Shown piece by piece: positions 50,280 to 64,000 of a stretch of DNA of 64,000 bases (the first letter of the stretch is position 1; each line of letters starts with the position of its first letter). This DNA comes from Octopus sinensis (lineage: Eukaryota). Below the pieces are notes generated by a model, which was not told the DNA's origin, made no database searches, and worked only from the letters and a program-made list of their open reading frames with translations. The stretch is from positions 16,926,001 through 16,990,000 of the forward strand of contig NC_043020.1 in NCBI RefSeq assembly GCF_006345805.1, written 5' to 3'. A program made the position numbers and the translations under genes.

Positions 50280-52215
50280 TACTGATTAGTTCACACAAAC
50301 TGTGGCAAAAAGCATACCCCGTGGTATCTAGTTTTGGCACTTTGTTTTGATTTCAAAATTCCACCAAGATCAACTTTGCCTTTCATCATTCCCAGGTTGA
50401 TAAAATAAACTTTCAGTCATGTACTGAGATTGATGACATTGACTAAACCCCTTCTCTCAAAACTGTTGGTGTCTTACCTACACCTGAAACCACTATTATC
50501 ATTATTATTATTATTAATACGGTGAGCTGGCAGAATTGTTAGCATGCCGGGCGAAATGCTTAGTTGCATTTCATCTGTCGTTATGTTCCGAGTTCAAATT
50601 CCACTGAAGTCGACTTTGCCTTTCATCCTGTCAGGGTCAATGTAATCAATTTAACCCCTCCCCCAAAATTTCGGGCCTTGTGCCTTTAATAGAAAGGATT
50701 AGTATTTTTATTATTAATATTATTATTAAGGTGGTGAGCTAGCAGAACCATTAGCACACTAGACAAAATGCTTAGCAGTATTTCGTCTGTTTTTACATTC
50801 TGAGTTCAAATTATGCCGAGGCTCACTTGGCCATTTGTGCTTTTGGGGTTGATAAAATAAGTACCGCTGAAGCACTGGAAGTTGATGTAATTCAGTAAAC
50901 CCTCCTCCACCAAAATTTCAGGCCTTGTGCCTATAGTTGAAAAGTTTATTAATATATTCTTTTGACCAATGAGTTGACAGAAATATCAGTACTGGATTAA
51001 CATATCTTCTTATGCTCTTGTATGTACATTGAGAGTTCAGATCCCTGTATAAAAGAAATACTAGTATTATATTGAGGTCATTTCACTCAGCTATAAGCTC
51101 TCTCCTACAAACTTTTGGTTTTCTACCTAGGCTGTGGATTGGCAGAATTGTTAAAGTGTTGGATTAAATACTTTGTGGTATTTTTTTCCAGATGGTGACA
51201 TTTTGAGTTCAAAACTTGTCATGGTCAACTTAACCGTTTCTCTCTCCAAGGCCAGTAAAATAAAAGTGCCAGTGAAGAACTGGGGTTAATGATATCAGCT
51301 AACCCTCTTCCTCCAAATTTTAGGCCTTTTGCCTTGAGGTAGCAGAATTGTTACTATTTTGGACAAAATGTTTAGTGGCATTTTTTCTGGCTCTTTACAT
51401 TCTGAATTCAAATGCTGTCAAAGCTGATTTTGCTTTCCATCTTTTTAGGTGTCAATAAAATATGTACCAGTGGAGCACTGGGGTCGATGTGATCAACATA
51501 CCCTCTTTTCTTAAAATTGCTGGCTTTGTGTCAAAATTAGAAAGAATTATTATCATCATCATCATCATTATTAAGGCAGCAAGCTGGCAGAATCATTAGC
51601 ACCCTTAGTGGCATTTTGTCTGTCATTACATTCTGAGTTCAAATTATGCCAAGGTCACCTTTGCCTTTCATCCTTTTGCGGTCAATAAAGTAAGTACCAG
51701 TTAAGTATTAGGGTCAATGTAATTGATTTATTCCCTCCTCCAAAATTACTGCCCTTGTGACAAAATTTGAAACCATTATTATTAGCTGATTGATTAGAGC
51801 ATCAGACACCACACCTTGCAATATTTGCTTCAGGTTTCAAGGCAGTAAGCTGGCAGGACTGTTAGCACACTGAGTAAAGTGCATTATGGCATTTTGTCCG
51901 TCTTTTATGTTGAAATTCCACCAAGGTCGACTCTGCCTTTCATCCTTTTGCAGTTGATCAAATAAGTACCAGTGGAGCACTGGGGTCGATGTGATCGACT
52001 TTCTCCTTCCCCTAAAATTGCTGGCTTTGTGCCTAAATTCAAGACCAATATTAGCGAGTGATTAAGGCGGTGGGCTGATAGAATCATTAGTACACACTGG
52101 GCAAAATTCTTAGCGGCATTTCATCAGTCTTCTTGTTCTGCTTTCAAATTCCACCAAGGTCAGCTTTGCCTTTCATCCTTTCGGAGTCGATAAAATAAGT
52201 ACCAGTTGAGTATGG
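50280..52215 (+). repeat. Head-to-tail array of SINE family C units (similar arrays 38725-39120, 41800-42650, 61250-62390)
   Basis: Roughly 8-10 ~200 bp units, all on the + strand, separated by (att)n or (atc)n tails. Confidence 0.85.
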
Positions 52216-52932
52216 GGTGGGGGTCCCATGTAGTCAACTTAGTAATTTTTACACTTATTTTCATTTTAACCCTTTAGCATTTAAACTGACCATATCTGAC
52301 CCAAATATTCTACCTGCTTTATTTTCAGATTGGCCAGATATGACTTTTTGCACCTACCCTAGAATGTCATTCTAAAATTAAACAATCAGCGGTGGTGCCC
52401 CAGCATGGCCGCAGCCTTCAGGCTAAAACATTTTTAAGGATTTAACCCTTTAGCATTTAAACCGGCCATATCCGGCTAAAAGTATTCTGCCTGTTTTATG
52501 TTCAAACTGGCTAGATCTGGTCTCTCACACCAACCCTCCTCTGAAATTGATGGCCTTGTGCCAAAATTTGAACTCAATAAATATTTATTTCAGGGTTTCG
52601 TTACACTGAGCTCGACTCAGAGTTTTCTTCCTTCTGTGCAGTGGGGGTGGATTGATAAAAATGAAGTCCCAGTCAAATACTACGGTTTGTATCACTGTTT
52701 CCCACCTTCTCCCTAGAATTCCTGGCTTTGTGTCTATGTAAGAAATTACTATTGCTGGAGTTTTTTTTTTCTTTTTCTTTTCTTCTTTTTTTTTGTTTTT
52801 TTTTTTTCAAATTGCCAACCTTCTCTACTGGGAACATCATTAAATGTTCCACTTTCAGAAACTTTGACGTCTTTCACTGAAACGCTACTTCTTATGGCTG
52901 CCTATTATTACTATTATCATTAATATTATTAC

Positions 52933-52963
<31 letters not shown>

Positions 52964-53184
52964 GCAAAAAACAAAAGCAACAAAGCAAAACAAACAAAAT
53001 AAAAATTGAATGGAATATCCCGGTGCCTGGGAGGGTGGGGATTGCTTGTAAGGTTTTACAATATTACACAAAAACACACCAAACTTACAGTGAATAGTGC
53101 ACTTTTTTTTTTTGTTTTTCTTTTTTCTCCCCAGTCTTCTGAATTCATTTCATGAAAGTAATTAATTACAGTTTCCTGATATTA

Positions 53185-54650
<1,466 letters not shown>

Positions 54651-54677
54651 ATAATACTTTATTTGTGTAGTAAGGCT

Positions 54678-54840
54678 ACCATTGCTTTTCTGTTAAGGAA
54701 TACCTTAACAATTATCACATGGAATATTGGGATTCATCTCCATTTTGGATTAAATTTAATCCAAAATGGTGGCAAATACCAATGTATCATGTGGTAGACT
54801 TGATAATTGCTAAGGTATTCCTTAACATGAAACCAATGGT
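54678..54840. repeat. ~163 bp imperfect palindrome (foldback/MITE-like)
   Basis: Outer arms accattg...tgttaaggaataccttaacaattatca / tgataattgctaaggtattccttaaca...caatggt. Inner perfect stem ccattttggatt/aatccaaaatgg. Confidence 0.8.
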
Positions 54841-57267
54841 TGTTCATATATATATAAGGGGTGTCTCTTTACTTTTGAAATGTCTGTGTATATTATGAAA
54901 TTTGCTTACTGCTGTTACTAGCTTTTCAATTCAGTTAATTCATTAAACTTCTAGCTGCTTTAGACTTGAAATCGTAGATTGGGTAATGCAGTGATGAACA
55001 CTTTAGCCCCAAATCTTGGGTCCATTGCCCATTGCAGACAATATTTCAGTATTTGTGTCTCTGCAGCAAAATTCTCAACTCTACCTCTCACTTCACTTAG
55101 CTGTGTAATAGTGGATATAGAGCATGTAGGAATGTTACCTGCTATGGGATTTGTGTTCTATCCAGTATGATATTTATATCACAAGCAGTCTAGACAATTA
55201 TAAGACCTAGGAAGCTTATGCAAGTACTAAATTTCTGTTTTTTGTTGGTTTTAATTTTTTCTTCTTTGTTTCTCATTCTTTAGTATTTTACCTTAAACTG
55301 TACAATAGGACCCCATGTAACATTATGTTATTCATGAAATAAATTAAATATTTAAACGGACCATAATTTTTGATGATAACTATTTTTTGTTGGTGCTAAA
55401 CCAGCTGTTCTGGTTGTTTTGATAGAGAAATCTTTTGACAGGAGCAAGTGATATGTTTAGCTTTAACGTACTATAAACACTGCCATAGAGATTATTGAGC
55501 TTGTTTGTTCATTGGAACAAGAATAGTTGCTACACTGCCATGCTCCGACATAACAAACTGAACACCATTCAAAACAACTAAGACATACAGGAGATATATA
55601 TGTTTGTGTATTGTGTAAGTGTGCATGCATGTGTGTGTGTGTGTGTTTACATATATATGTATATGTAAAAGCATTGACTTAATTTCAATATCAAATGAAA
55701 TGGTAAGGATTTTTGAAGATGTATTTCATAAAACAAAATTATTTATTTGCAGTATCTGTGCCATAGTATTGATTACTGGGTGAATATTTATTGAAGATTT
55801 GACCCTTTTCTCCTCACCCCCCCACCACTTTTCTCTCTGATTAAAGTTTAAAAATTAATAATAAATGAAAAAATGTAAATTGAAATCTATTTGACAAAGA
55901 AATTGTTTTGTCTAGCGATATTTTATTTTCTTGTATGTAACTGTCAAAAATTATGAATATGCACTTTGTCAAGGGGGAAAATAACTGGTGTTTCCAAAGA
56001 TTTAAATTAATCTTATTCTACTTTTCACATTTGACTATTTGATCAAATTTTTACCAAAGAACTGCATTTATTGTCACCTAATAAAAATGTCATTCTGAAA
56101 CAAGTTTTTGTTCTTTAATTTCTTTGATTAACCCTTAAATGGTAGAAAATATGTTGCATGATTGTGTGTACTGATAGGCAAAAAAAAATTTTTTTTCATT
56201 TTATTTTCTTAAGAGTAATTTTTACACTTAATAATAAAAAGGAAATAATTGTATACAGTGCTCAGGTGCACCACAACTTGTCAGAAAGTGCATATAAAGT
56301 ATATGCTGTAATGTACAAATGTCTGGAAAGCGAACAATGCATGAGTCAGATACATGCTTGTGTATGTATGGAGGGGAGGAAATCAGGTGTAGTGTTGGCG
56401 AATCTCAGAAAGCATGGAAGTTTTGAAGGATGCAGTGCTCCGACAACTAACAACTGATGCCGGCAGTTTGTTCCATGCTTCAGCAACTCTCAGCATGAAA
56501 AAATGTTTCCTAAAGTCATGGGAGCTGTGCTGTTTTCTAACCCTTTAACATTTAAACTGACCATATCTGGCCCAAATATTCTACCTGCTTTATTTTCAGA
56601 CTGGCCAGATATGACTTTTTGCATCTACCCTACAATGTCATTCTAAAATTAAACAATCATATCATTCAAACACTGCATGATTAATTCAAAACAATGTGAA
56701 TAAATAAGCATTACATTTGACAGAGAAACCTGAATGCTAAAGGGTTTTAATAAGTACAGAAAACTATGAAAATAATATATTTTAACACTCATCTCAAGTT
56801 AAGTGATATCGTACTTGTGGCCGATGCTAGTGTTGTGTAACTGGCATGTAAAAAGCACCCTTCAAATGTTGGACAATATGCTGTGCTTCAGAAGACCTGT
56901 CAAGCCAAATGAGATCATAATCATGGCCAATGCCAGTGCCACATCAATGGCACATAAAAATCACCCACTACACTCTTGGAATGGTTGGTGTTAGGAAGGG
57001 CATCCAGCCACAGAAACCATGCCAAATCAGATTAGAACCTGGTGCAGCTCCCGGTTTACCAGTCTTCAAACCATCCAATCCATGCCAGCATGGAAAGTGG
57101 AAATTAAATGATGATGATGATTAGATTACAACATTTATGACAAAAGAGCAATAAAATCATTTGAGATCGACACATTGTTGTCAGATAAATGTACAAATGG
57201 AGGAAAATCAGTGCACTGTTTCCATCCAGAGCTAACTTAACAAGGACAAACATATACACACACGTAC

Positions 57268-57300
<33 letters not shown>

Positions 57301-57764
57301 TACGACGGGCTTCTTTCAGTTTCCATCTACCAAATCCACTCACAAGGCTTTGGTTGGCTCAAGGCTATAGTAGAAGACACTTGCCCAAGGTGCCACGCAG
57401 TGGAACTGAACCCAGAACCATGTGGTTCATAAGCAAGCTACTTACCACACAGCCACTCCTATGCCTATAAAAAATTTCATCAAAAAGTAGCCATTTTTCT
57501 GAAAATTAAGACAGAACAAAACCGACTCATGTAAATTTTCTGAAACTCCTCTTCCCTCCCACAGAAAATGTTTTCACAACAAATTCCGATATTATTAGAA
57601 TGTACATCATCAGCAACTTATTTGTAGAAAATTTCCTTTAAAAAAAAAATCAATTTTTCTGGAAGTTAGGAGGAAACAAAGTCAGAAGAGGATTGTGCTT
57701 GTGTAGATATGCCAAAAAAGGTCTGTACATAAAAGTTAGGAGTGATTTCAGCAGACGTTAACAT

Positions 57765-58768
57765 TAGTGGCATAACTACAGATGGGTACCCCACTCCCCG
57801 ATGTTGTTGCCTCATAACTTACAGACAAATGGATACTTCTTAACGAAATTTTCAACAAGTACCGCTTAAATGCTGTAACTTCAGTATATAGGGATTTATG
57901 GGAAAGAATTTTTCCAAGGGGGTGTGGGGAGGAGTTTCGGAAAATTCACACAACCCGACTTTTTTCCCTCATAACTTTCAGGAAAATGGATATCTTTTTA
58001 TGAAAGTTTATGCAAATACCTTTCAAACTGCATATATTACGATTATAAAGAAATTTGTAGGAAAAATGTTTTTCCGAAGGGATGAGGGAGAGAAGTTTCG
58101 GATCAAGACCACATAAGTTGGAATTTATAACCGTAAGCTATGCCGTTTAAAAGGTATCTGTATCAACTTTCATTAAAAATACCCATTTTCCTGAAAGTTA
58201 TGAAGGTAAAAAAATTTTTTCGAAAGCCCTCGGTAAAAATTCTCTGCAACGAATCCCTATATACTCTGAATTTACAGCATCTAAGCGGCATTTGTTGAAA
58301 ATTTCATTAAAAAATATCTATTTTCTAGAAGTTATGAAGAGAATTAATGCATTCGAGCTTTGGTGTTGGAGAAGACTTTTGCGGATTCCATGGACAGCAA
58401 GGCTCACCAATGGAGAAGTTCTTAAGCAGATAAGGCCGAAAATGTCGCTATAAGCTGGGATCACCAAGCGTAGATTGGCATATTTCGGTCATATTATGTG
58501 GAGAGAATCCCTGGAGAAGGACATCATGCTCGGAATGGTCAGTGGCAAGAGAGGAAGAAGCCGACCAAGAACCCGCTGGCTTGCCACCAAGAGTGATACC
58601 GGAATAGACATGGCCAATCTGAAAGAAGCGGCCCAGGATAGAACTGACTGGAGGACACTGATCCAACGAGTGATCGTGAGTCGACTTCGACTGAGCGGAT
58701 AGAGAGAGAGAGAGGAAGTTGTGAGGCAACAAATGAGGGATGGGGTACACATCTGTAGTTATGCCAAA
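57765..58768. mobile_element. Long-TIR non-autonomous DNA element carrying an RTE insertion
   Basis: Terminal ggcataactacagatgggtacccca / tggggtacacatctgtagttatgcc. The inverted similarity continues for >100 bp internally. Confidence 0.7.
58338..58714 (+). mobile_element. 5'-truncated RTE (BovB-like) LINE
   Basis: Encodes RINAFELWCWRRLLRIPWTAR and YFGHIM..ESLEKDIMLG...RGRSRPRTRW. It has a (GA)n tail and TSD GAAGTTATGA/GAAGTTGTGA. Confidence 0.88.
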
Positions 58769-59020
58769 TTAGTTATCTTTTCGTTACAGACTTTGTTTTT
58801 GTAATTAATTATAGTAAGTATATGATAGAATTGATTAGGTACTTTTATCGAGTTCGTAAAGATGTTTTAAACTGTTAAAACTCAGTTCTGCCGGAATTTT
58901 ATTTCTTGGGGTGGTTTTTTCAGGGTGATTTCTTGATAGTTTGTTCAGAGTGATTTCCCTTGAATCTATTCAACTTCCGGCGGTAAAACTAAAATTTCCC
59001 ACATGTGAAAGTCAAAAACA

Positions 59021-59549
59021 ATGTCAATAATGAACTCCTTCTTTCTTCCTCGCTTATTAAGCCCAAAACTCGGCACTTTGATTCGTTTTAATCCCACCGT
59101 CTCACTTCGCCCTATTTTAACACAATCTTTACGCCCTCATGCATGTATTTTCGTGCAACCCCTTTCGTGTTTGACGCCAAAACGTTCGTCATCTCAACAA
59201 GGTTTGTTTTCCCGGGGACACCAACAGACAAGGTGGAAACCGGCACCACCTTACAGAAGAAAGAGTTCTCAGGAAAAGATGGATCCAAGGATCATTTACA
59301 TGGTTTACGCTTCCATAACCATTGGTGCTTTACTTCTCGGCACTATTCTGTTTTCTCGTCTGAAACTTATTTACAAAAAATATATTCATGATATTCACAC
59401 TTATTACGATGCACCTTTCGGTCGACGACAGAAACTGATACAATACAAAGGGGTTGTCCTACCCGCAATGTTAGAAAACGATTTACCTAAGATTCGAGAC
59501 TTTGACGTTAGACCAGACGATGTGTGGGTGGTGTCTTGGCCACGGTCAG
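59021..59549 (+). CDS. Sulfotransferase (SULT4A1-like), exon 1; alternative start at ATG 59279
   Basis: ORF ends ...FDVRPDDVWVVSWPRSG, the start of the 5'-PSB loop. Phase-1 donor CAG|gtaagt at 59549. The choice of start codon is uncertain. Confidence 0.8.
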
Positions 59550-62394
59550 GTAAGTCGGTTCCAGTCAGGTAATTAACGTAAGTTTTCGTGGTGTAGTTTG
59601 CCCACACTATCGATTTCTAGAAAGATGACTTCGGCAATCTTCCGTATTATGCACATATAATGGTGGATAAGAAAGTTGGGGAAAAAAACCGCCTTCAGAA
59701 ATATCAGTTTCAAATTTTGGGGGAGGGGTAAGTCGATTATATCGACCCCAGTGGTTAAACATTGTGGTTGCTCACACACATACACGCTGATACACTGTAT
59801 ATATTGTTGTTCAGTACCTCTCATCAGATATCTATATAATCTTTTTTGGTGAACCATCGGTATATGTACCGGTGTAAGTACCGGATACATCATCATCATC
59901 ATCGTTTAACGTCCGCTTTCCATGCTAGCATGGGTTGGACGGTTCAACTGGGGTCTGGCAAGCCCGAAGACTACACCAGGCCAGTCAGATCTGGCAGTGT
60001 TTCTACAGCTGGATGTCCTTCCTAACGCCAACCACTCCGAGAGTGTAGTGGGTGATTTTATGTGCCACCGACACAGGTGCCAGACGAGGCTGGCAGACGG
60101 CCACGCTCGGATATGGTGTTTTCGGTGTTTTTCTTATGTGCCACCGACACAGGTGCCAGACGAGGCTGAAGAAAGTGTTTTTTTTATATATATGGGGGAG
60201 AAAGGGTTTCTGTAATCTTCAGAAATGTAAACAAAGTCACGTGTGTACCTATACCGAAGCATCGCCTCTTTTTTTTTTAACAGCTCGCTAATAAGAACAA
60301 CTTACTCGTGAAATAGTATGAATTCAGCTTGTTAAAGCTGTTGTGGAAATAACAATAGATTACCTGAAGTGTAATAGAGAGGATTTTTCTGGAGTTGATA
60401 TCCACAGAACACTTCAAGCAGAATTAAATCCATTGATGCCATGCAAGAAAAGTGCCTGTATCAGCACCACGTAAAAAAAAACAACAATGTTGGCTTCACA
60501 TATAAAGCATCTGTGCCGGCACCACATGAAGGTAAGCAGTCTACTCTGTAAAGTGGTTGGTGTTAAGAAGGGCATCTAACCGTTGAAACCATGCCAAAAC
60601 AAACAACTGGGACCTGGTACCAGTGGCACGTAAAAAGCACCCACTACACTCCCGGAGTAGTTGGCATTAGAAAAGACATCCAGCTGTAGAAACCTTGCCA
60701 AATCAGATTGGAGCCTGGTGCAGCCTTCTGGCTTGCCAGTCCTCAGTCAAACCATCCAACCCATGCCAGACGTGATGGTACTATCTAATATTCTCATTAA
60801 AATAGAATACCAATTAAATACTGATTGCAGGCCTTGTATGTAAATAGTGAGCTAGCAGAATCATTAAAGTGATACTCTTTTACTTGTTTCAGTCATTTGA
60901 CTGCAGCCATGCTGGAGCACCGCCTTTAATCGAGCAACTCGACCCCAGGACTTATTCTTTTGTAAGCCCAGTACTTATTCTATCGGTCTCTTTTGCCGAA
61001 CCGCTAAGAAACAGGGACATAAACACACCAGCATCGGTTGTCAAGCAATGCTAGGGAGACAATCACAAACACACACACGCATATATATATATACATATAT
61101 ACGATGGGCTTCTTTCAGTTTCTGTCTACCAAGGCTTTGGTCGGCCTGAGGCTATAGCAGAAGACACTTGCCCAAGGTGCCACACAGTGGGAATGAACCC
61201 GGAACCATGTGGTTGGTAAACAAGCTACTTACCACACAGCCACTCCTCCTCCTGATGGTCGTATTTCTTCCAAATCTTAACTCTATGAGTTCAAATCCCA
61301 TTGTAGTTGACTTAACCTGTCATCCTTTCAGGGTCAATAAACTAAAGCATCAGTTTTGTGTTAGTATCTTGTCCCTTCACCTCAGAATTGCTGTCCTTGT
61401 GCCAAAATCAGAAACATTATCATCATTAAGATAATTATAGCAGAAACATTATAGCATTTGAAAAATGTGTTGCATTTCTTGCAGCTTGTTACATTCTGGG
61501 TTCATATTCTGCTATTGCCTTTCATGCTTCGGGGTCGATGAAATAAGTACCAGTGGAAAACTGAGGTCAATGTAATCAACAAGCACCCTCCCTCAAAATT
61601 TCAGAATTACTATTATTAAGGTAGTGAGCTGAAAGAATCATTAGCATGCCAGGCAAAATGCTTAGTGGCATTTCATCAATTTTTTTACCTCCTTAATTAT
61701 TGACCTTTCAACAAGGTCATCTTTACTTTTCATTCTGTCTTGGTCAATAAAATAAATACTAGTTGAGTACTGAGGTCAATGTAATTGACTACCCTACACC
61801 TTAACAAAATTCCATACCTTATACCTCCACTGAGGTCGACTTTGTCTTTCATCCTTTTAGGGTTGACGTAATCAACTTATACCCTTCCCCCAAATTTCAG
61901 GCCTTGAACCTATAATAGAAAGAATTATTATTATTGTGTAAGGCAGCAAGCTGGCAGAATCATTAGCACACCAGGTGAAGTGCTTAGTGGCATTTCATCC
62001 GTCGCTATGTTCTGAGTTCAAATTCCACTGAGGTTGACTTTGCCTTTAATCCTTTCAGGGTTGATAAAATAAGCACCAATCAAGTACTGGGGTCGAGGTA
62101 ATTGACTAACCCCTCCCACAAATTTCGGGCTTTGTGCCAATAGTAAGAAGGATTATAATAATAATAATAATAATTATTATTATTATTATTAAGGCTGCGA
62201 GCTGGCAGAATCATTAGCATGCCGGGTAAAATACTTAGTGGAAATTTGTGTCTTTACGGTCTGAGTTCGAATTCTGCCAAGGTCATTTTCGCCTTACTTC
62301 CTTTCAGGATCAACAAGATATTGAGCGCTGGGGTTGATGTTATCAACTTATGCCCCCCCCTAACTTACTGGCCTTGTGCTAAAATTTGAAACCA

Positions 62395-62426
<32 letters not shown>

Positions 62427-62454
62427 TATGTGTGTAATGGTTTGTCTTTTCCAG

Positions 62455-62666
62455 GAACTACGTGGGTTCAAGAAATTGTTTACCTCATCCATTCAGATCT
62501 TGACATTTCACAAGAAGAAGAGAAAAACATTGAACAACGATTCCATTTTCTTGAAAATATTTATCCTGGACTACCTGCCATAGCTGCTAAGGAATCACCT
62601 CGACTGATCAAAAGCCATTTGCCCTTTCAACTCCTTCCAGAACAGCTTTCAACAGTCAAACCAAAA
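62455..62666 (+). CDS. Sulfotransferase (SULT4A1-like), exon 2; gene continues beyond window
   Basis: Acceptor ttttccag. Encodes GTTWVQEIVYLI...SPRLIKSHLPFQLLP with the catalytic His motif KSHLP. Donor gtaaat. Confidence 0.92.
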
Positions 62667-63409
62667 GTAAATGTCCTTTTTCTGTTTTGTTATTATTATA
62701 TCTAAGGCGGCGAGCTGGCATGCCGGGCGAAATGTTACATTCTGAGTTCAAATTCCGCCGAGGTCAACTTTGCCTTTCATCCTCTCGGAGTCGATAAATT
62801 AAGTACCAGTTACGCACTGGGGTCAATGTAATCAACTTAATCCTTTTGTCTGTCCTTGTTTGCCCCCTCTATGTTTAGCCCCTTGTGGCCAATAAAGAAA
62901 TAGGAATTGTTAGCACGCCAGGCAAAATGCTAAGCAGCATTTTGTCTATCTCTATGTTCTGAGTTCAAACTCTGCCGAAGTCGACTTGAGTTTATATTGA
63001 GTACTATTATCATTTTTATTAGAGGTGCAGGTATGGCTCTGTGGTATGAAGTTTGCTTCCCAATCACATGGTTCCAGGTTCAGTCCTACTGCATGGCACC
63101 TTGGGCAAATCTCTTCTAATATAGCTTCTGGCCAACCAAAACCTTGTGAGTGGATTTGGTAGACAGAAACCAAAAGAAGCCCATTGTATATATATGTGTC
63201 TGTGTTTGTCCCCCACCAACCAGTGTTGGTTTGTTTATGTCCCCATAACTTAGTGGTTAAGCAAAAGATACCAATTGAATAAGTACCAAGCTTGAAAAAA
63301 AAAAGAAAAATAAGTACTTTGGTTGATTAGTTGCCTTTCACCCTTTTAGGGTCAATGAAATAAGTACCAGTCATGCTCAAGGGCCAATAAGTACCAGTCA
63401 TGCTCAACT

Positions 63410-64000
63410 AGCCTTCTAACCCAAATTTCCTTGTCATTGCTTCTGTGAGGCCCAACATTCAAAGGTCGTGCTTCAACACCACATCCCATGTCTTTCTGGG
63501 TCTCCCTCTTCCACAGGTTCCTTTCACTGTTAGGGAGTGACACTTCTTCACACAGCTCTCCTCATCCATATGCAGCACATAACCATACTAGCGCAGTCGT
63601 CTCTCTTGCACACCTCATCCAATGCTTCTTATATCTAACATTTCTCTGAGGGCGCTTACACTCTGTTGTGTGTGCACACTGACATTACACATCCAGTGGA
63701 TCATACTAGTTTCATTTCTTTCAAGCCTTCATATTTCCTCAACAGTCATGGCCCATGTTTCACTACCGTGTAGCATGGCAGTTTGCACACATGCATCATA
63801 CAGTCTACCTTTCACTCTGAGCAAGAGGCCCTTTGTCACCAGCAGAGGTAGGAGCTTTCTGAACTTTGCCCAGGCTATTCTTATTCTAGTGGCAACACTC
63901 TCAGAGCATCCACCCCCACTACAGACCTGGTCACCTAGGTAGCGGAAGCTATCAACCACTTCTAGTTTCTTCCCCTGGCATGTGATGGAATCTGTTTTCT
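63410..64000 (-). mobile_element. RTE LINE ORF2 fragment, same family as 8615-10012
   Basis: Encodes VDSFRYLGDQV...RIAWAKFRKLLPLL...VKGRLYDACVQTAMLHGSETW. Confidence 0.85.

Noticed and set aside
50280-52215. CRISPR-like or prokaryotic repeat-spacer array
   Set aside because: The units are ~200 bp diverged SINE copies without unique spacers or cas genes, and the context is an intron-rich eukaryotic genome.
63357-63408. 22 bp direct repeat aataagtaccagtcatgctcaa
   Set aside because: It is a small duplication at a SINE C/RTE junction and most likely a repair scar.

Overview
AT-rich, repeat-dense eukaryotic genomic DNA. The SINE families, (TA)n/(CA)n/(GAT)n microsatellites and intron sizes suggest a coleoid cephalopod, probably Octopus (inference). 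Two + strand genes were reconstructed by hand from splice sites and reading phases. (1) A ZXD-family (ZXDC-like) gene has 12 coding exons from 2917 to 45719, giving 3471 nt and 1156 aa from the first in-exon ATG, with 10 C2H2 fingers. (2) The first two exons of a SULT4A1-like sulfotransferase lie at 59021-59549 and 62455-62666, and the gene continues past the window. Introns and intergenic DNA hold tRNA-type SINEs, RTE and CR1/L2 LINE fragments, hAT, Merlin and Helitron relics, several MITE families and microsatellites. Most short ORFs in the track are repeat artefacts. The most notable observations are: a near full-length 7SL (SRP) RNA copy fused to a retroposon 3' tail; a ~5 kb cluster of SINE copies with one-directional T>C hypermutation resembling ADAR editing; several hammerhead-ribozyme motifs; a sulfotransferase with a presequence-like plus transmembrane N-terminus; an intronic CCAAT/ETS/RFX motif cluster; and a ~2 kb near-identical tandem duplication. 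All alignments and counts were done by eye, and repeat boundaries are approximate unless a TSD is quoted.
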